Origin: Bacteroidales bacterium
GTDB taxonomy: Bacteria > Bacteroidota > Bacteroidia > Bacteroidales > Muribaculaceae
Reading direction: 5' to 3'
Length of the DNA: 64,000 bases
NCBI GenBank assembly: GCA_015061005.1
Contig: SUXJ01000003.1
Location: 103,129 to 167,128, forward strand
The stretch's first letter is position 1; each line of letters starts with the position of its first letter. The notes under the pieces were generated by a model. The model did not search any database. It had not been told where the DNA came from and was given only the letters and a program-made list of their open reading frames with translations. This document shows positions 48,530-58,871 of the stretch, in pieces. The translations under genes were made by a program, and so were the position numbers.

Positions 48530-49713
48530 CATATCCTGTAGTAATTTTAAAGCGCGGTAAAGAAGATTCGCTCCGTCGCTTTCATCCTTGGGTCTTTTCC
48601 GGTGCCATAGCGCGGATGCCGGAGGACATTGAGGAGGGAGATGTGGTTGAAGTGCGCTCTTCGGCCGATGAATTATTAGGCATCGGTCACTATCAGATAG
48701 GCAGCATAGTTGTCAGAATGTTGGAGTTCGGTCGAGTGCGAGCCATAGATCAAACGTTCTTTGCCGAGCGTTTGACAGCGGCTTTCGACTTGCGCCGTTC
48801 ACTGCAACTGATGCGTAGCGATAATAATGCTTACCGCTTGGTTCATGGGGAGGGTGATTTTTTGCCGGGCTTGGTAGTTGACATTTATGGTCCTACGGCC
48901 GTGGTGCAAGCTCATTCTCCCGGTATGCACTTTTGTCGCGACATTATTGCTGCAGCGTTGACGGAAATTCCGGGCTTGGCGGTAAAGAATGTCTATTACA
49001 AGTCGGAAACCACACTGCCCTATAAAGCGCATCTTGATCCTCAAAATGCGTATATCATAGGCGACTATTCGGGAAGTGTTGCGCTTGAAAACGGACTCAG
49101 TTTCAATATTGACTGGCTAAGAGGTCAAAAAACCGGATTTTTCGTTGATCAACGCGATAATCGCTCGCTTTTGGAATATTATTCTCGCGGGCGCAAGGTC
49201 CTGAATATGTTTTGTTATACGGGAGGTTTCTCTGTTTATGCTCTCCGTGGAGGTGCTCGCGAAGTTCATTCGGTGGATTCTTCCGGTAAAGCCATAGAAT
49301 TGACTCGTGCCAATGTTGAATTAAACTTCCCCGGATGTGACCGCCACGAAGCCTTTGCGGTTGATGCTTTTAAATATTTGGCTGATATTAAGAAAGGAGA
49401 CTATGACCTCATAGTGCTTGACCCTCCCGCATTTGCCAAGCATAGAAGTGCATTGCGTAATGCTTTGATTGGTTATCGTCGTCTGAATGCTCGTGCCATT
49501 GAGCAGATTGCTCCCGGAGGAATATTATTTACGTTCAGTTGCTCGCAAGCCGTGAGTCGCGAACAGTTCCGTTTGGCGGTGTTTACAGCCGCGGCGCAAA
49601 CAGGTAGAAAAGTTCGCATTTTACATCAGATGACGCAGCCTGCTGATCATCCGATAAATATTTATCATCCCGAGGGAGAATATCTTAAGGGGCTGATAGT
49701 CCAGGTAGAATAA
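48526..49713 (+). CDS. Class I SAM-dependent rRNA methyltransferase (RlmI-like, PUA + MTase)
   Basis: 395 aa with an N-terminal PUA-like region (HPWVFSGAI), a SAM-binding region (VLNMFCYTGGFS) and a DPPAF motif. Confidence 0.8.
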   Translation: MTYPVVILKRGKEDSLRRFHPWVFSGAIARMPEDIEEGDVVEVRSSADELLGIGHYQIGSIVVRMLEFGRVRAIDQTFFAERLTAAFDLRRSLQLMRSDNNAYRLVHGEGDFLPGLVVDIYGPTAVVQAHSPGMHFCRDIIAAALTEIPGLAVKNVYYKSETTLPYKAHLDPQNAYIIGDYSGSVALENGLSFNIDWLRGQKTGFFVDQRDNRSLLEYYSRGRKVLNMFCYTGGFSVYALRGGAREVHSVDSSGKAIELTRANVELNFPGCDRHEAFAVDAFKYLADIKKGDYDLIVLDPPAFAKHRSALRNALIGYRRLNARAIEQIAPGGILFTFSCSQAVSREQFRLAVFTAAAQTGRKVRILHQMTQPADHPINIYHPEGEYLKGLIVQVE

Positions 49714-49738
49714 TTTTAAACAACAACCCATTATCACA

Positions 49739-51748
49739 ATGAAAATCAAGAATTTAATGCCTGTTGCATTCTGTGCTTTGACACTTGCGGGATGTGGCGG
49801 CTCTGAGAAACAAGAAACAAATATTGATTACACAGTGGACAGATTTGCTGACATTGAGGTGCTTCGCTACACCGTGCCCGGTTTTGAAAACTTGACGCTT
49901 GATCAAAAGCGTTTGGTGTACTATTTGACAGAAGCTGCGATTACCGGTCGCGATATTATTTGGGACCAAAATTGTGTGTATAACTTGCCTATTCGCGATA
50001 TGCTCGAAGCTGTTTATGCTAATTATCAGGGCGATACCGAGGCTGAAGACTACGTGAATTTTCTCACGTATCTCAAGCAAGTTGAGTTTGCAAATGGTAT
50101 TCACCACCATTATTCAATGGACAAGTTTACTCCGAAATTTACAGCTGAGTGGCTTGAAAATCAGGTAAATGCATTGCCGGATGAACTGAAGCCAGCCGAT
50201 TATGCAACTCTTGCGGAGGTGATTTTTAATCCGGAAGTTATGCCTAAGCGTGTAACTCAAGCTGATGGCGTTGACGTGATTCAGGCGAGCGCATGTAATC
50301 TTTACGGAGGTGGTATTACTCAGCAAGAGGTTGAAGATTATTACGCCAAATTGAAGAATCCGAATGATTCCACTCCGATTAGTTATGGTTTGAATTCGCG
50401 ATTGGTTAAGAACGCTGACGGAACTATCAGTCCTGAAGTCTATAAAGTAGGAGGCGTTTATGGAGCGCAGATTGCTCGCATTGTTGAACTCTTGAAGAAG
50501 GCTTCACAATATGCCGAGACCCCCGGTCAACTTGATTACATGAACAAACTCATCAGTTTTTATGAAACAGGTTGCCTGAAGACTTTCGATGATTATTCTG
50601 TGGCATGGGTTAAAGAACTCGATGCAAAGGTTGATTTTATCAATGGCTTTATTGAAAGTTATGGAGATCCGCTGGGCATGATTGGTCAGTTTGAAAGTAT
50701 TGTGAACTTCAAAGACGAAGCCGCCAGCGAACGTACAGAAAAAATTTCAGCAAACGCACAGTGGTTTGAGGACCATTCACCCGTGGACGCTCGTTTCCGT
50801 AAACCGGAAGTTAAGGGCGTAAGTGCGAAGGTAATCACAGCAGCCATATTAGCGGGCGATGCCTATCCTGCCACTCCTATCGGCATCAATTTGCCCAATG
50901 CCAATTGGATTCGTGCCGAGCATGGTTCGAAGTCCGTAACTATTGAGAATATCACCATGGCTTATGACCAGGCAGCTAAAGGCAATGGTTTTGCTGAAGA
51001 ATTCGTTATCGATGAGCCGACCCGTCAATTGATGGAAACATACGGTTTTGTTACCGATAACCTTCATACAGACTTGCACGAATGTCTCGGTCACGGTTCC
51101 GGTCAATTATTACCCGGAGTTGACCCCGATGCCTTAAAAGTTCATGGTTCGACTTTGGAAGAGGCTCGTGCTGACCTCTTTGCACTCTATTATCTTGCCG
51201 ACCCCAAGATTGTTGAGCTTGGATTGCTTGACAATCCCGAAGCATATAAAGCATCATATTATGAATATATGATGAACGGATTGATGACTCAATTGGTACG
51301 TATTGAGCCGGGTAAGGACGTTGAAGAAGCTCACATGCGTAATCGTCAGCTTATTGCAAAATGGGCGCTTAAGCATGGCGAGGCCGACAAGATTGTCGAA
51401 ATGGTTAAACAGGACGGCAAGACCTATGTGAAAATTAATGATTATGAAGCACTGCGCAATCTTTTCGGTCAGCTGCTTGCTGAGGTTCAGCGAATCAAGA
51501 GTGAAGGCGATTATGAGGCCGGACGCGAACTCGTTGAACAGTATGCAGTTGCCGTAGATCCGGATTTGCATAATGAGGTTCTTGAGCGCTATGCGAAATT
51601 GAATCTTGCGCCTTATAAGGGATTTGTCAATCCGGTATATACCCCCGAATTTGATGCAAACGGCGAAATTATTGACGTAAAAGTTACATATACTGAGGAT
51701 TATTTGCCTCAAGTAATTCGCTATTCGAAGGAATATTCGATTAAATGA
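49739..51748 (+). CDS. Dipeptidyl-peptidase III (M49) lipoprotein
   Basis: Lipobox LTLAGCGG, and the M49 zinc motifs HECLGH and EEARAD. Confidence 0.85.
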   Translation: MKIKNLMPVAFCALTLAGCGGSEKQETNIDYTVDRFADIEVLRYTVPGFENLTLDQKRLVYYLTEAAITGRDIIWDQNCVYNLPIRDMLEAVYANYQGDTEAEDYVNFLTYLKQVEFANGIHHHYSMDKFTPKFTAEWLENQVNALPDELKPADYATLAEVIFNPEVMPKRVTQADGVDVIQASACNLYGGGITQQEVEDYYAKLKNPNDSTPISYGLNSRLVKNADGTISPEVYKVGGVYGAQIARIVELLKKASQYAETPGQLDYMNKLISFYETGCLKTFDDYSVAWVKELDAKVDFINGFIESYGDPLGMIGQFESIVNFKDEAASERTEKISANAQWFEDHSPVDARFRKPEVKGVSAKVITAAILAGDAYPATPIGINLPNANWIRAEHGSKSVTIENITMAYDQAAKGNGFAEEFVIDEPTRQLMETYGFVTDNLHTDLHECLGHGSGQLLPGVDPDALKVHGSTLEEARADLFALYYLADPKIVELGLLDNPEAYKASYYEYMMNGLMTQLVRIEPGKDVEEAHMRNRQLIAKWALKHGEADKIVEMVKQDGKTYVKINDYEALRNLFGQLLAEVQRIKSEGDYEAGRELVEQYAVAVDPDLHNEVLERYAKLNLAPYKGFVNPVYTPEFDANGEIIDVKVTYTEDYLPQVIRYSKEYSIK

Positions 51749-52320
51749 TTGACAAAGCGGACATAGACAATGCTTTGCAAGTCTTGAAGCGAGGCGGCAT
51801 TATCCTATACCCCACAGATACTATATGGGGTATAGGGTGTGATGCTACTAATGCCGAGGCGGTTGAGCGCGTGTATAGAATAAAGAATCGCGTCGACAGC
51901 AAGGCTATGATATGTTTGTTGGCTGATGCCGATGATTTGGAGCGTTGGGTCTGCGGAGTGCCTGAGGTGGCTTATGAATTATTGGAGGCCGCAGTTGAAC
52001 CTCTGACGGTTATTTATGATCGGGCAATAGTGCCGCCGATAGCACCCAATTTGCCGGCAGCCGACGGGTCATTGGCTGTTAGGGTAACCAAGGACGCATT
52101 TTGTCGGGAACTGTGTCGCCGCTTGCGCAAACCGTTGGTTAGCACTTCTGCAAATATTTCGGGCAAGCCGGCGCCGAAGGCTTATAACGCTATTACAAAG
52201 GAGATTCTTGAAGCTGTGGACTATGTTTGCTCCTCGCGTAGAGCAAGCTCCGAAGCAAACGTCAAGCCTTCGTCGATAATAAAGTTGACCGAGTCAGGAG
52301 TAGTAAAAATCATCAGATAG
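51745..52320 (+). CDS. tsaC: L-threonylcarbamoyladenylate synthase (YrdC/TsaC type)
   Basis: 191 aa YrdC domain (YPTDTIWGIGCDA ... STSANISG). Confidence 0.85.
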   Translation: MIDKADIDNALQVLKRGGIILYPTDTIWGIGCDATNAEAVERVYRIKNRVDSKAMICLLADADDLERWVCGVPEVAYELLEAAVEPLTVIYDRAIVPPIAPNLPAADGSLAVRVTKDAFCRELCRRLRKPLVSTSANISGKPAPKAYNAITKEILEAVDYVCSSRRASSEANVKPSSIIKLTESGVVKIIR

Positions 52321-52325
52321 CACTT

Positions 52326-53765
52326 GTGATTATGCTGAGCCTCAACGTTAAGATACAAAACAGATTGCGCTTGATTTATGTGGTAACGGACTTTGTTACC
52401 ACGTATTTGGCGGTGTTTTTATTCAATGTGTTTCGTGTCTCTCTTATTACAATCCCATTGACGCTGAGTGAGTATTATCATTATCCGAAGGTGCTATGGG
52501 GACAGGTGTTGTTCCCTCTCATGATGATGGCTATATATTGGCTGTCGGGTTATTACAATAAAGTAGATGAACGCTCCAGAGCTCAAGAGGCAATATTAAC
52601 CTTGTCATCTGCGATTCTCGGCTCTCTCGGTATTTTCTTTTTAGCCGTGGTAAACGATAGCGCATGGAGTCGCACGCTGGTGTTGGAGTATCTGCTCATG
52701 CTTAGCGGCTTACTTTTTGTCTGCGTTTATTGCGGACGGTATTTGATTACGACCATAGAACTCAGACGAACCCGTGCGGCTCATAAAATAAGCCATGCCG
52801 TGATGCTTGGCACTGATGAGGAGGCTTTTAGGTTGGCGTGTCGAATAAACGAGTCAAGCAGTAATGATGGCATGAAAATTCACACGTTTGTTCGGCTTAA
52901 TGGTGAAGATTTTGCTGGTGTGCACAATAAGGACTTCGTGATTATTGAGCGTTCAGATTTGTCGGATTATTGTCAGACACATGCCGTTAATCGTATGATT
53001 TTGACGCCTAAGGTTATGGGCAGCGGTAAAGAGGTGGCATCATTCATACGTCTGGCGGCCGATATAAAGGGAGCATTGTTTGTTTCGCCCGACGTCAATA
53101 GCTTGGTTCTTGCTTCGCACCGATCGTTTAATGTGGTGGGTGAGCCGCTCGTTTGTATTTCCAATCCAAATATTCTGGATTCTACTGCCAATATTAAGCG
53201 CGCAGTCGATGTCGTGGGTGCATCGGTGGCAATGGTGTTACTGAGTCCACTGATGTTGTTTTTAGCGATTAAAGTAAAGTGTGACTCAAAAGGACCGGTG
53301 TTTTTTCGGCAAGAACGATTGGGATATGGAGGCCGTCCGTTTGAAATCATTAAGTTTCGCAGTATGCGTGCAGATGCCGAATCGGGTGTGGGTCCGCAAG
53401 TGACCGTTGACGGAGATCCTCGAATCACGCATTTTGGTCGATTCTTGCGAAAATACAGGCTTGACGAACTTCCGCAGTTTTGGAATGTCATCAAGGGCGA
53501 TATGTCGCTCGTTGGTCCGAGGCCGGAGCGAAGATATTTTGCGGAGATGATTGCTGCTCGGGTACCGCAATATCCATTTATTTATCAAGTTCGACCGGGA
53601 ATTACTTCGTGGGGGATGGTTAGATATGGTTATGCGTCAAATCTGGAGCAAATGATAGAGCGTTTGCGTTATGATTTGATTTATCTCGAGAATATTTCGA
53701 TTTTAACAGATATAAAAATATTGCTTCACACGGTTCGCACCGTAGTTGGCGGTCATGGAAAGTAA
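52326..53765 (+). CDS. Polyprenyl-phosphate hexose-1-phosphate transferase (bacterial sugar transferase family)
   Basis: 479 aa with N-terminal TM helices and a C-terminal sugar-transferase domain (LDELPQFWNVIKGDMSLVGPRP). The track start is GTG; an ATG at 52332 is an alternative. Confidence 0.85.
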   Translation: MIMLSLNVKIQNRLRLIYVVTDFVTTYLAVFLFNVFRVSLITIPLTLSEYYHYPKVLWGQVLFPLMMMAIYWLSGYYNKVDERSRAQEAILTLSSAILGSLGIFFLAVVNDSAWSRTLVLEYLLMLSGLLFVCVYCGRYLITTIELRRTRAAHKISHAVMLGTDEEAFRLACRINESSSNDGMKIHTFVRLNGEDFAGVHNKDFVIIERSDLSDYCQTHAVNRMILTPKVMGSGKEVASFIRLAADIKGALFVSPDVNSLVLASHRSFNVVGEPLVCISNPNILDSTANIKRAVDVVGASVAMVLLSPLMLFLAIKVKCDSKGPVFFRQERLGYGGRPFEIIKFRSMRADAESGVGPQVTVDGDPRITHFGRFLRKYRLDELPQFWNVIKGDMSLVGPRPERRYFAEMIAARVPQYPFIYQVRPGITSWGMVRYGYASNLEQMIERLRYDLIYLENISILTDIKILLHTVRTVVGGHGK

Positions 53766-53770
53766 AAGCT

Positions 53771-55588
53771 ATGTCGGAGACTTCAACAGGGCATATTGCA
53801 TATAGGTCAAGGCGGTTTAATCGCTGGATGCTGAATTTCTTGCGTTGGCGTCAGCATCATATCAAGGAGAAAAACTTTGTATTGATTCTGGCTTTGATAG
53901 TCGGAGTGTTATGCGGATTTGCGGCAATGTTGCTTAAGTTTCTCATACACACGATTGCAAATTTTTTGACGAGTGATTTCAGCCAAGAAGGAGGCAATTA
54001 CTTATTTTTCGTATATCCGGTTATCGGTATAATATTAGCCGGGATTTATGTCAGACATATACTGAAGGATAATATCAGTCATGGTGTGACGCGTGTTTTG
54101 CAAGCCATATCCCAGAATAAGTCGCGGTTAAAGGCTCATAATATGTATTCATCGCTGTTTGCCAGCTCGATTACTATCGGATTCGGCGGTTCGGTAGGTG
54201 CTGAGGGTCCGATTGTTTATACCGGTGCGGCAATCGGCTCTCAAATAGGCAGTTTGTTTAGAATGTCGCCTCGCATATTGATGATGCTCGTAGGGTGTGG
54301 TGCAGCAGCCGGCATTGCCGGTATTTTCAAGGCCCCCATAGCCGGTATGCTGTTTACTCTTGAGGTTCTTATGCTTGATTTAACGGCGGCATCGGTAATG
54401 CCGCTGATGATTGCCTCGATTTCTGCTGCCACTGTTGCATATACCTTTCATGGCTATGACTTTGAGTTTTTCTTCGTGCAGAGTGAATCGTTCGTGACCA
54501 ATCGAATTCCTATGGTTATCCTCCTTGGGATTGTTTGTGGCTTTGCATCGTTATATTTCACCCGAGTAATGAATGCCATGGAAAATATGTTTTCAAAACT
54601 TAAGAATCCATGGCTTAAAGTCCTTGTTGGCGGCTCGATTTTGTCGGCACTGGTCTTCTTGTTCCCGCCGCTTTATGGTGAGGGTTATGGCGATATTATC
54701 GACTTACTGAGTGGAGACCCGTCGGCGATTGTGCGTGCATCGGTGTTTTATGATGAGAGCACTTCGATAAATGCCGTTGCGTTATTTATTCTTGCCATCA
54801 TATTGCTCAAGGTGTTTGCAACTTCAGCAACGAATGGAGCAGGGGGAGTCGGAGGTACATTTGCGCCGTCGCTGTTCGTTGGCTGCTTTACCGGATTTTT
54901 AGTTGCTTACGTTGGCAACGATTTGTTCGATCTCGGTCTTTCTACCAAAAACTTTGCGCTGATGGGCATGGCCGGAGTGATGTCAGGAGTAATGCATGCA
55001 CCGTTGATGGCCATCTTCTTGACGGCAGAATTAACAGGCGGCTATAATCTGTTTTTGCCGTTGTTGATAGTAAGCACAATTGCCTATGGAACCATTAAGT
55101 TCTTTGAACCTTATAGCATCTATTCAATGCGATTGGCGCAACGTGGAGAATTGCTCACTCATCATAAAGACAAAGCCGTGTTAACTCTCTTGAAGATGGA
55201 TTCCGTTGTTGAAACGGATTTCTTGCCTGTCAAGCCGGAAATGTGTCTGAAAGAAGTGTGTGACGTCATAGCCAAATCATCGCGCAATTTATTTCCGGTG
55301 TTGGCGGACGACGGAGTCTTGATCGGGGTTGTTTATCTTGATGAAATTCGCAATATCATGTTCCGTCCGGATTTATATCGTCGTATGTATGTTGATAAGT
55401 TTATGACGATACCGGCGGCTAAGATTGCCGTGGGGCAAAGCATGGAAAGCATTATGAAGACGTTTGATCAAACCGGCGCATGGAACTTGCCGGTTGTTGA
55501 TGAACAGGGCCGTTACGTCGGTTTTATCTCAAAGTCGAAGGTATTTAACTCTTACCGCCGAGTTCTCCGCCACTATTCCGACGACTGA
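53771..55588 (+). CDS. ClC-family chloride channel/antiporter with C-terminal CBS pair
   Basis: Selectivity-filter-like motifs GSVGAEGP and GIFKAPIAG, with two CBS-like repeats at the C-terminus. Confidence 0.88.
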   Translation: MSETSTGHIAYRSRRFNRWMLNFLRWRQHHIKEKNFVLILALIVGVLCGFAAMLLKFLIHTIANFLTSDFSQEGGNYLFFVYPVIGIILAGIYVRHILKDNISHGVTRVLQAISQNKSRLKAHNMYSSLFASSITIGFGGSVGAEGPIVYTGAAIGSQIGSLFRMSPRILMMLVGCGAAAGIAGIFKAPIAGMLFTLEVLMLDLTAASVMPLMIASISAATVAYTFHGYDFEFFFVQSESFVTNRIPMVILLGIVCGFASLYFTRVMNAMENMFSKLKNPWLKVLVGGSILSALVFLFPPLYGEGYGDIIDLLSGDPSAIVRASVFYDESTSINAVALFILAIILLKVFATSATNGAGGVGGTFAPSLFVGCFTGFLVAYVGNDLFDLGLSTKNFALMGMAGVMSGVMHAPLMAIFLTAELTGGYNLFLPLLIVSTIAYGTIKFFEPYSIYSMRLAQRGELLTHHKDKAVLTLLKMDSVVETDFLPVKPEMCLKEVCDVIAKSSRNLFPVLADDGVLIGVVYLDEIRNIMFRPDLYRRMYVDKFMTIPAAKIAVGQSMESIMKTFDQTGAWNLPVVDEQGRYVGFISKSKVFNSYRRVLRHYSDD

Positions 55589-56536
55589 TTAGAATCGATA
55601 TCCCGAAGTCGGAAAAGGAATCAGAGCGATTTTCTCGGAACCGGAGTCGTTAATTCCATTCAATTCAACGTGTATATGTTCGTTGAATTGTTGAAGACAG
55701 TCGTTTATATTTTTGTCGTTGAATAGATTTTCTATGTCTGATGGAAGCCGCTGTAAATACGGATTATTCTCCATGCCTAAATATCGTTTAGCTTCTTCAA
55801 GTGCGAGTATCGGGTTATTGCCTTTATGGTTTCGTGTAGCAAGCATCGTTTGAATTGTGGTTTTTATATCGGTCTTGTGAGCTGTCTTTTTACCAAAAAG
55901 GGCATTGAGTGTCTCTATTACTTTTTGAGTGAAATATCCCATTTTAAACTCCAAGGTTTTCAAGTCGCGTTCTTTTGCTTCGACTATCAGATTTGGATTT
56001 GTAAAGTGCTGTATGGTAACATTAACTTCTTCATTAAAGTTACGAAAGAGTACCTGTAGTTCGCAAATTTTTTGGTATTTCTTGATGTTCTGTATAAATA
56101 TGGCTGGGTGGAGCAAACTCATATCCACTTTAAGTTTCAAGAAATGTTCTTCAGCGGGGTAGTGAGTGTTGTACTTTCCCTTCATTTTTTCGCGCAGTGC
56201 GCTGATAACTATTAAATTTGTGGAGAAATGACGGGCATAATCAAGCAGCAGTTGCTTTTGGCTTTCCGGAGTGATTTTAGCCGTGTTTCTTTGTGTTTGC
56301 CACTGCGACCAAGCCGTTGCAAAACTAAATGTCAATGATATGAGTGAAACTCCGAATGCCAGCCAGTCCCATTTATTAAGGAAGAATCTGTTGATCGTTG
56401 GCGAGTCTGCCTGACCGATTTCTAAATAAATTTTATATGCAAAGATGCCAAGGCAAGCAAAACTTATTATAAAAACAATGCAGATGCAGAAAAGCAAAAA
56501 TCCTGACCAGCGAATTTTTTTCAAAGGGTTCTCCAT
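55589..56536 (-). CDS. Hypothetical two-TM protein with an alpha-helical cytoplasmic domain; no family recognised
   Basis: 315 aa ORF. Two N-terminal hydrophobic helices (WSGFLLFCICIVFIISFACLGIFAY and WDWLAFGVSLISLTFSFATAW). GC is clearly low. Confidence 0.6.
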   Translation of the reverse strand: MENPLKKIRWSGFLLFCICIVFIISFACLGIFAYKIYLEIGQADSPTINRFFLNKWDWLAFGVSLISLTFSFATAWSQWQTQRNTAKITPESQKQLLLDYARHFSTNLIVISALREKMKGKYNTHYPAEEHFLKLKVDMSLLHPAIFIQNIKKYQKICELQVLFRNFNEEVNVTIQHFTNPNLIVEAKERDLKTLEFKMGYFTQKVIETLNALFGKKTAHKTDIKTTIQTMLATRNHKGNNPILALEEAKRYLGMENNPYLQRLPSDIENLFNDKNINDCLQQFNEHIHVELNGINDSGSEKIALIPFPTSGYRF

Positions 56537-56607
56537 TTTTTTGAAATTATTTTAATAATTTTTTGTCATTAACGATTAGTTTATTTCAGTCAAGAGAAGT
56601 ATTATGG

Positions 56608-57582
56608 CTAATATAATATAGCGGCAAAATGTGAGTTTTCGGGCACGAGGCGGATGGCTGATGGCGGAATTGTTGACGGGCGCGGAATTATTCGAAGTTC
56701 ACCGGACCCAAAGCGGCGTGCAAGGGCAGAGGCAACGAATCCCATGGTCTTACGCAGATTAACTTCCACGCATGGACAAATATTGCCGTCATCGAGTAGC
56801 ATCATATCAACTCCGAGTGGTCCCGAGTAGTCAGTCGGAATCCAGCTTTCGATTGCTCGAGCAGTTTCCTTTAAGTATGGTGTGTCGAGCATTCTGACAA
56901 GCTCATGCTCGGGGGCTACAATATTGCCGGTATATGCCGTTCCGTTGGTTAGAAACAATGACAATCCCCGATATTTGCCATTCTCAAAAAGCATGGCGAA
57001 GTCTCTGACTTTTCTGAGTTTGGTCTCAACCATTACCGACCCTTGTCGGCGTATGCTTTCTTCTGCTCTGCGACGAATTATATCGGACGACAATCCTTGG
57101 CAATCCACCACTCCTCGACCGCTGCAGCTCCAAGGGGATTTGAGTATGATGAGGTCTGAGTCGGGGAGCTCGTCGGTAGAGAATATTTCGCGAGGAGCGG
57201 GAGGAAGCGAGTAGGGGAGATTTGATGTAGATAAGTGATTGTAAAGGCTCATCGACGTGCGACGATGGCTTAGTTGACGCAAGCGTTCTATGTTAGGGAA
57301 TGGTCCGGTGATACCGAGTCTGCGATATTGCCATACGGCATTCTCGCTCCATCCCCATGGCTCGGGCACTCCGACCATTTCCACGCCCACTGCGGTTCCG
57401 GTTTGGCGTAGCCATTCAAGGTTGAGGCCCGGAGCAATGATGTTGTCACCCGGTTCAGCAAGCCAGATGGGCAATGCTGCTAAGGCGGTTCGAAACTCAA
57501 CTACGTTTTTCGGGGGAGTAAAGTTCGCAGCAGCAGAGGCGAGTGCAAGGTCGTTTTCGGGATTGAACAGGTGGAGTTTCAC
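56608..57582 (-). CDS. ATP-grasp-fold protein of unknown specificity
   Basis: 324 aa with ATP-grasp-like motifs in the canonical order: ILKSPWSCSGRGVV, SVMVETKL, GVDMML...PCVEVNLR (E-x-N). It overlaps the rimO stop by 4 nt. Confidence 0.6.
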   Translation of the reverse strand: MKLHLFNPENDLALASAAANFTPPKNVVEFRTALAALPIWLAEPGDNIIAPGLNLEWLRQTGTAVGVEMVGVPEPWGWSENAVWQYRRLGITGPFPNIERLRQLSHRRTSMSLYNHLSTSNLPYSLPPAPREIFSTDELPDSDLIILKSPWSCSGRGVVDCQGLSSDIIRRRAEESIRRQGSVMVETKLRKVRDFAMLFENGKYRGLSLFLTNGTAYTGNIVAPEHELVRMLDTPYLKETARAIESWIPTDYSGPLGVDMMLLDDGNICPCVEVNLRKTMGFVASALARRFGSGELRIIPRPSTIPPSAIRLVPENSHFAAILY

Positions 57583-58871
57583 TCTGCAGTGCCAATTAGG
57601 TCAAAGTCAAGGGCGTCTTCAATTCTTACATTGACGAACTCGCCTATCTTCAGTGCTTTGTCTTTGTGAATCAATACTTGGGGATCCACCTCCGGTGAGT
57701 CCCATTGGGTGCGCCCGATAAAGAATTCAGGTTCTTCGTCGTCAACGATCACTCGCAAGGTTTGACCGATCTTGCGCTGCTGAATTTCTGCAGAAATTTC
57801 CTCTTGTAAAGACATCAGAGCATCGAGGCGAGCTTGTTTGACCTCGTCGGGAGTAGCGTCGCGGAAGTTTTTTGCCGCATAGGTGTCGTCTTCTTCGCAG
57901 TATGCAAATGCACCCATGCGTTCAAATTTAGTTTCTCGTGTGAAGTCCAACAGTTCCTGAAATTCGCGTTCGCCTTCACCGGGAAATCCCACCATGAGGG
58001 TGGTGCGTAGATGCAAATCGGGTACGCGAGAGCGCATTTCCGTAATGAGGTCACGAGTGCGTGCACCGTCAATGTGGCGGCGCATATTTGTCAGAACGGG
58101 GTCGGAAATGTGTTGTAGCGCAATGTCAAGATAGTTGCATACATTGTCATGGCGAGCCATCACATCCATTAATTCCATGGGGAAGTCGGCGGGGTAGGCA
58201 TAATGAAGTCTTAGCCACTCCACTCCGGGAATATCCGCCAATTGTTCAATGAGTTCGGGCAGTAAATGACGCCCTCCGGGTAGGTCCAAGCCATAGCCGG
58301 TCAGGTCCTGCGCAATAACATTGAATTCTTTAACCCCTCGGCTAACGAGTTCGCGCACTTCGGTGGTGATTTCTTCAGGGGTGCGCGAGTGCATGCGTCC
58401 GGTAATGAGAGGAATGGCACAGAAAGCACAGAAGCGGTTGCATCCCTCGGAAATTTTGAGGTATGCATGGTGCGAGGGTGTGGAAATAATGCGTTCCGGA
58501 CTGGCGGTTTTCAGTTCTCCGTCGGTGAGTTCGCGAGCAATGTCCTGCCAATTGAATTTTCCGTGCCAACTATCCACTTCCGGCAGTTGTTCTGCCAAAT
58601 CTTTTGGATATCGCTCACTCAGGCAGCCAAAAACCATAATGCGCCCAACTCTGCGGTGTTTCTTTGCTTGTGCGGCAAGCAGTATTGTGTTGATGGATTC
58701 TTCTTTGGCGTCACCGATGAATCCGCATGTGTTGATAACCACGGCGTCGGCTTTAATCGTAGGATCTTCACTGATATTTGCATCAATGTTGTTGGCTCGT
58801 AGCAGTGCCAGCAGTCGCTCCGTATCTACCAAGTTCTTGAAGCAGCCGAGTGAAACGATGTTTACCCTCAT
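57579..58871 (-). CDS. rimO: Ribosomal protein S12 methylthiotransferase RimO
   Basis: 430 aa with an N-terminal UPF0004 domain (SLGCFKN), radical-SAM CxxxCxxC (CNRFCAFC) and a C-terminal TRAM domain. Confidence 0.92.
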   Translation of the reverse strand: MRVNIVSLGCFKNLVDTERLLALLRANNIDANISEDPTIKADAVVINTCGFIGDAKEESINTILLAAQAKKHRRVGRIMVFGCLSERYPKDLAEQLPEVDSWHGKFNWQDIARELTDGELKTASPERIISTPSHHAYLKISEGCNRFCAFCAIPLITGRMHSRTPEEITTEVRELVSRGVKEFNVIAQDLTGYGLDLPGGRHLLPELIEQLADIPGVEWLRLHYAYPADFPMELMDVMARHDNVCNYLDIALQHISDPVLTNMRRHIDGARTRDLITEMRSRVPDLHLRTTLMVGFPGEGEREFQELLDFTRETKFERMGAFAYCEEDDTYAAKNFRDATPDEVKQARLDALMSLQEEISAEIQQRKIGQTLRVIVDDEEPEFFIGRTQWDSPEVDPQVLIHKDKALKIGEFVNVRIEDALDFDLIGTAE

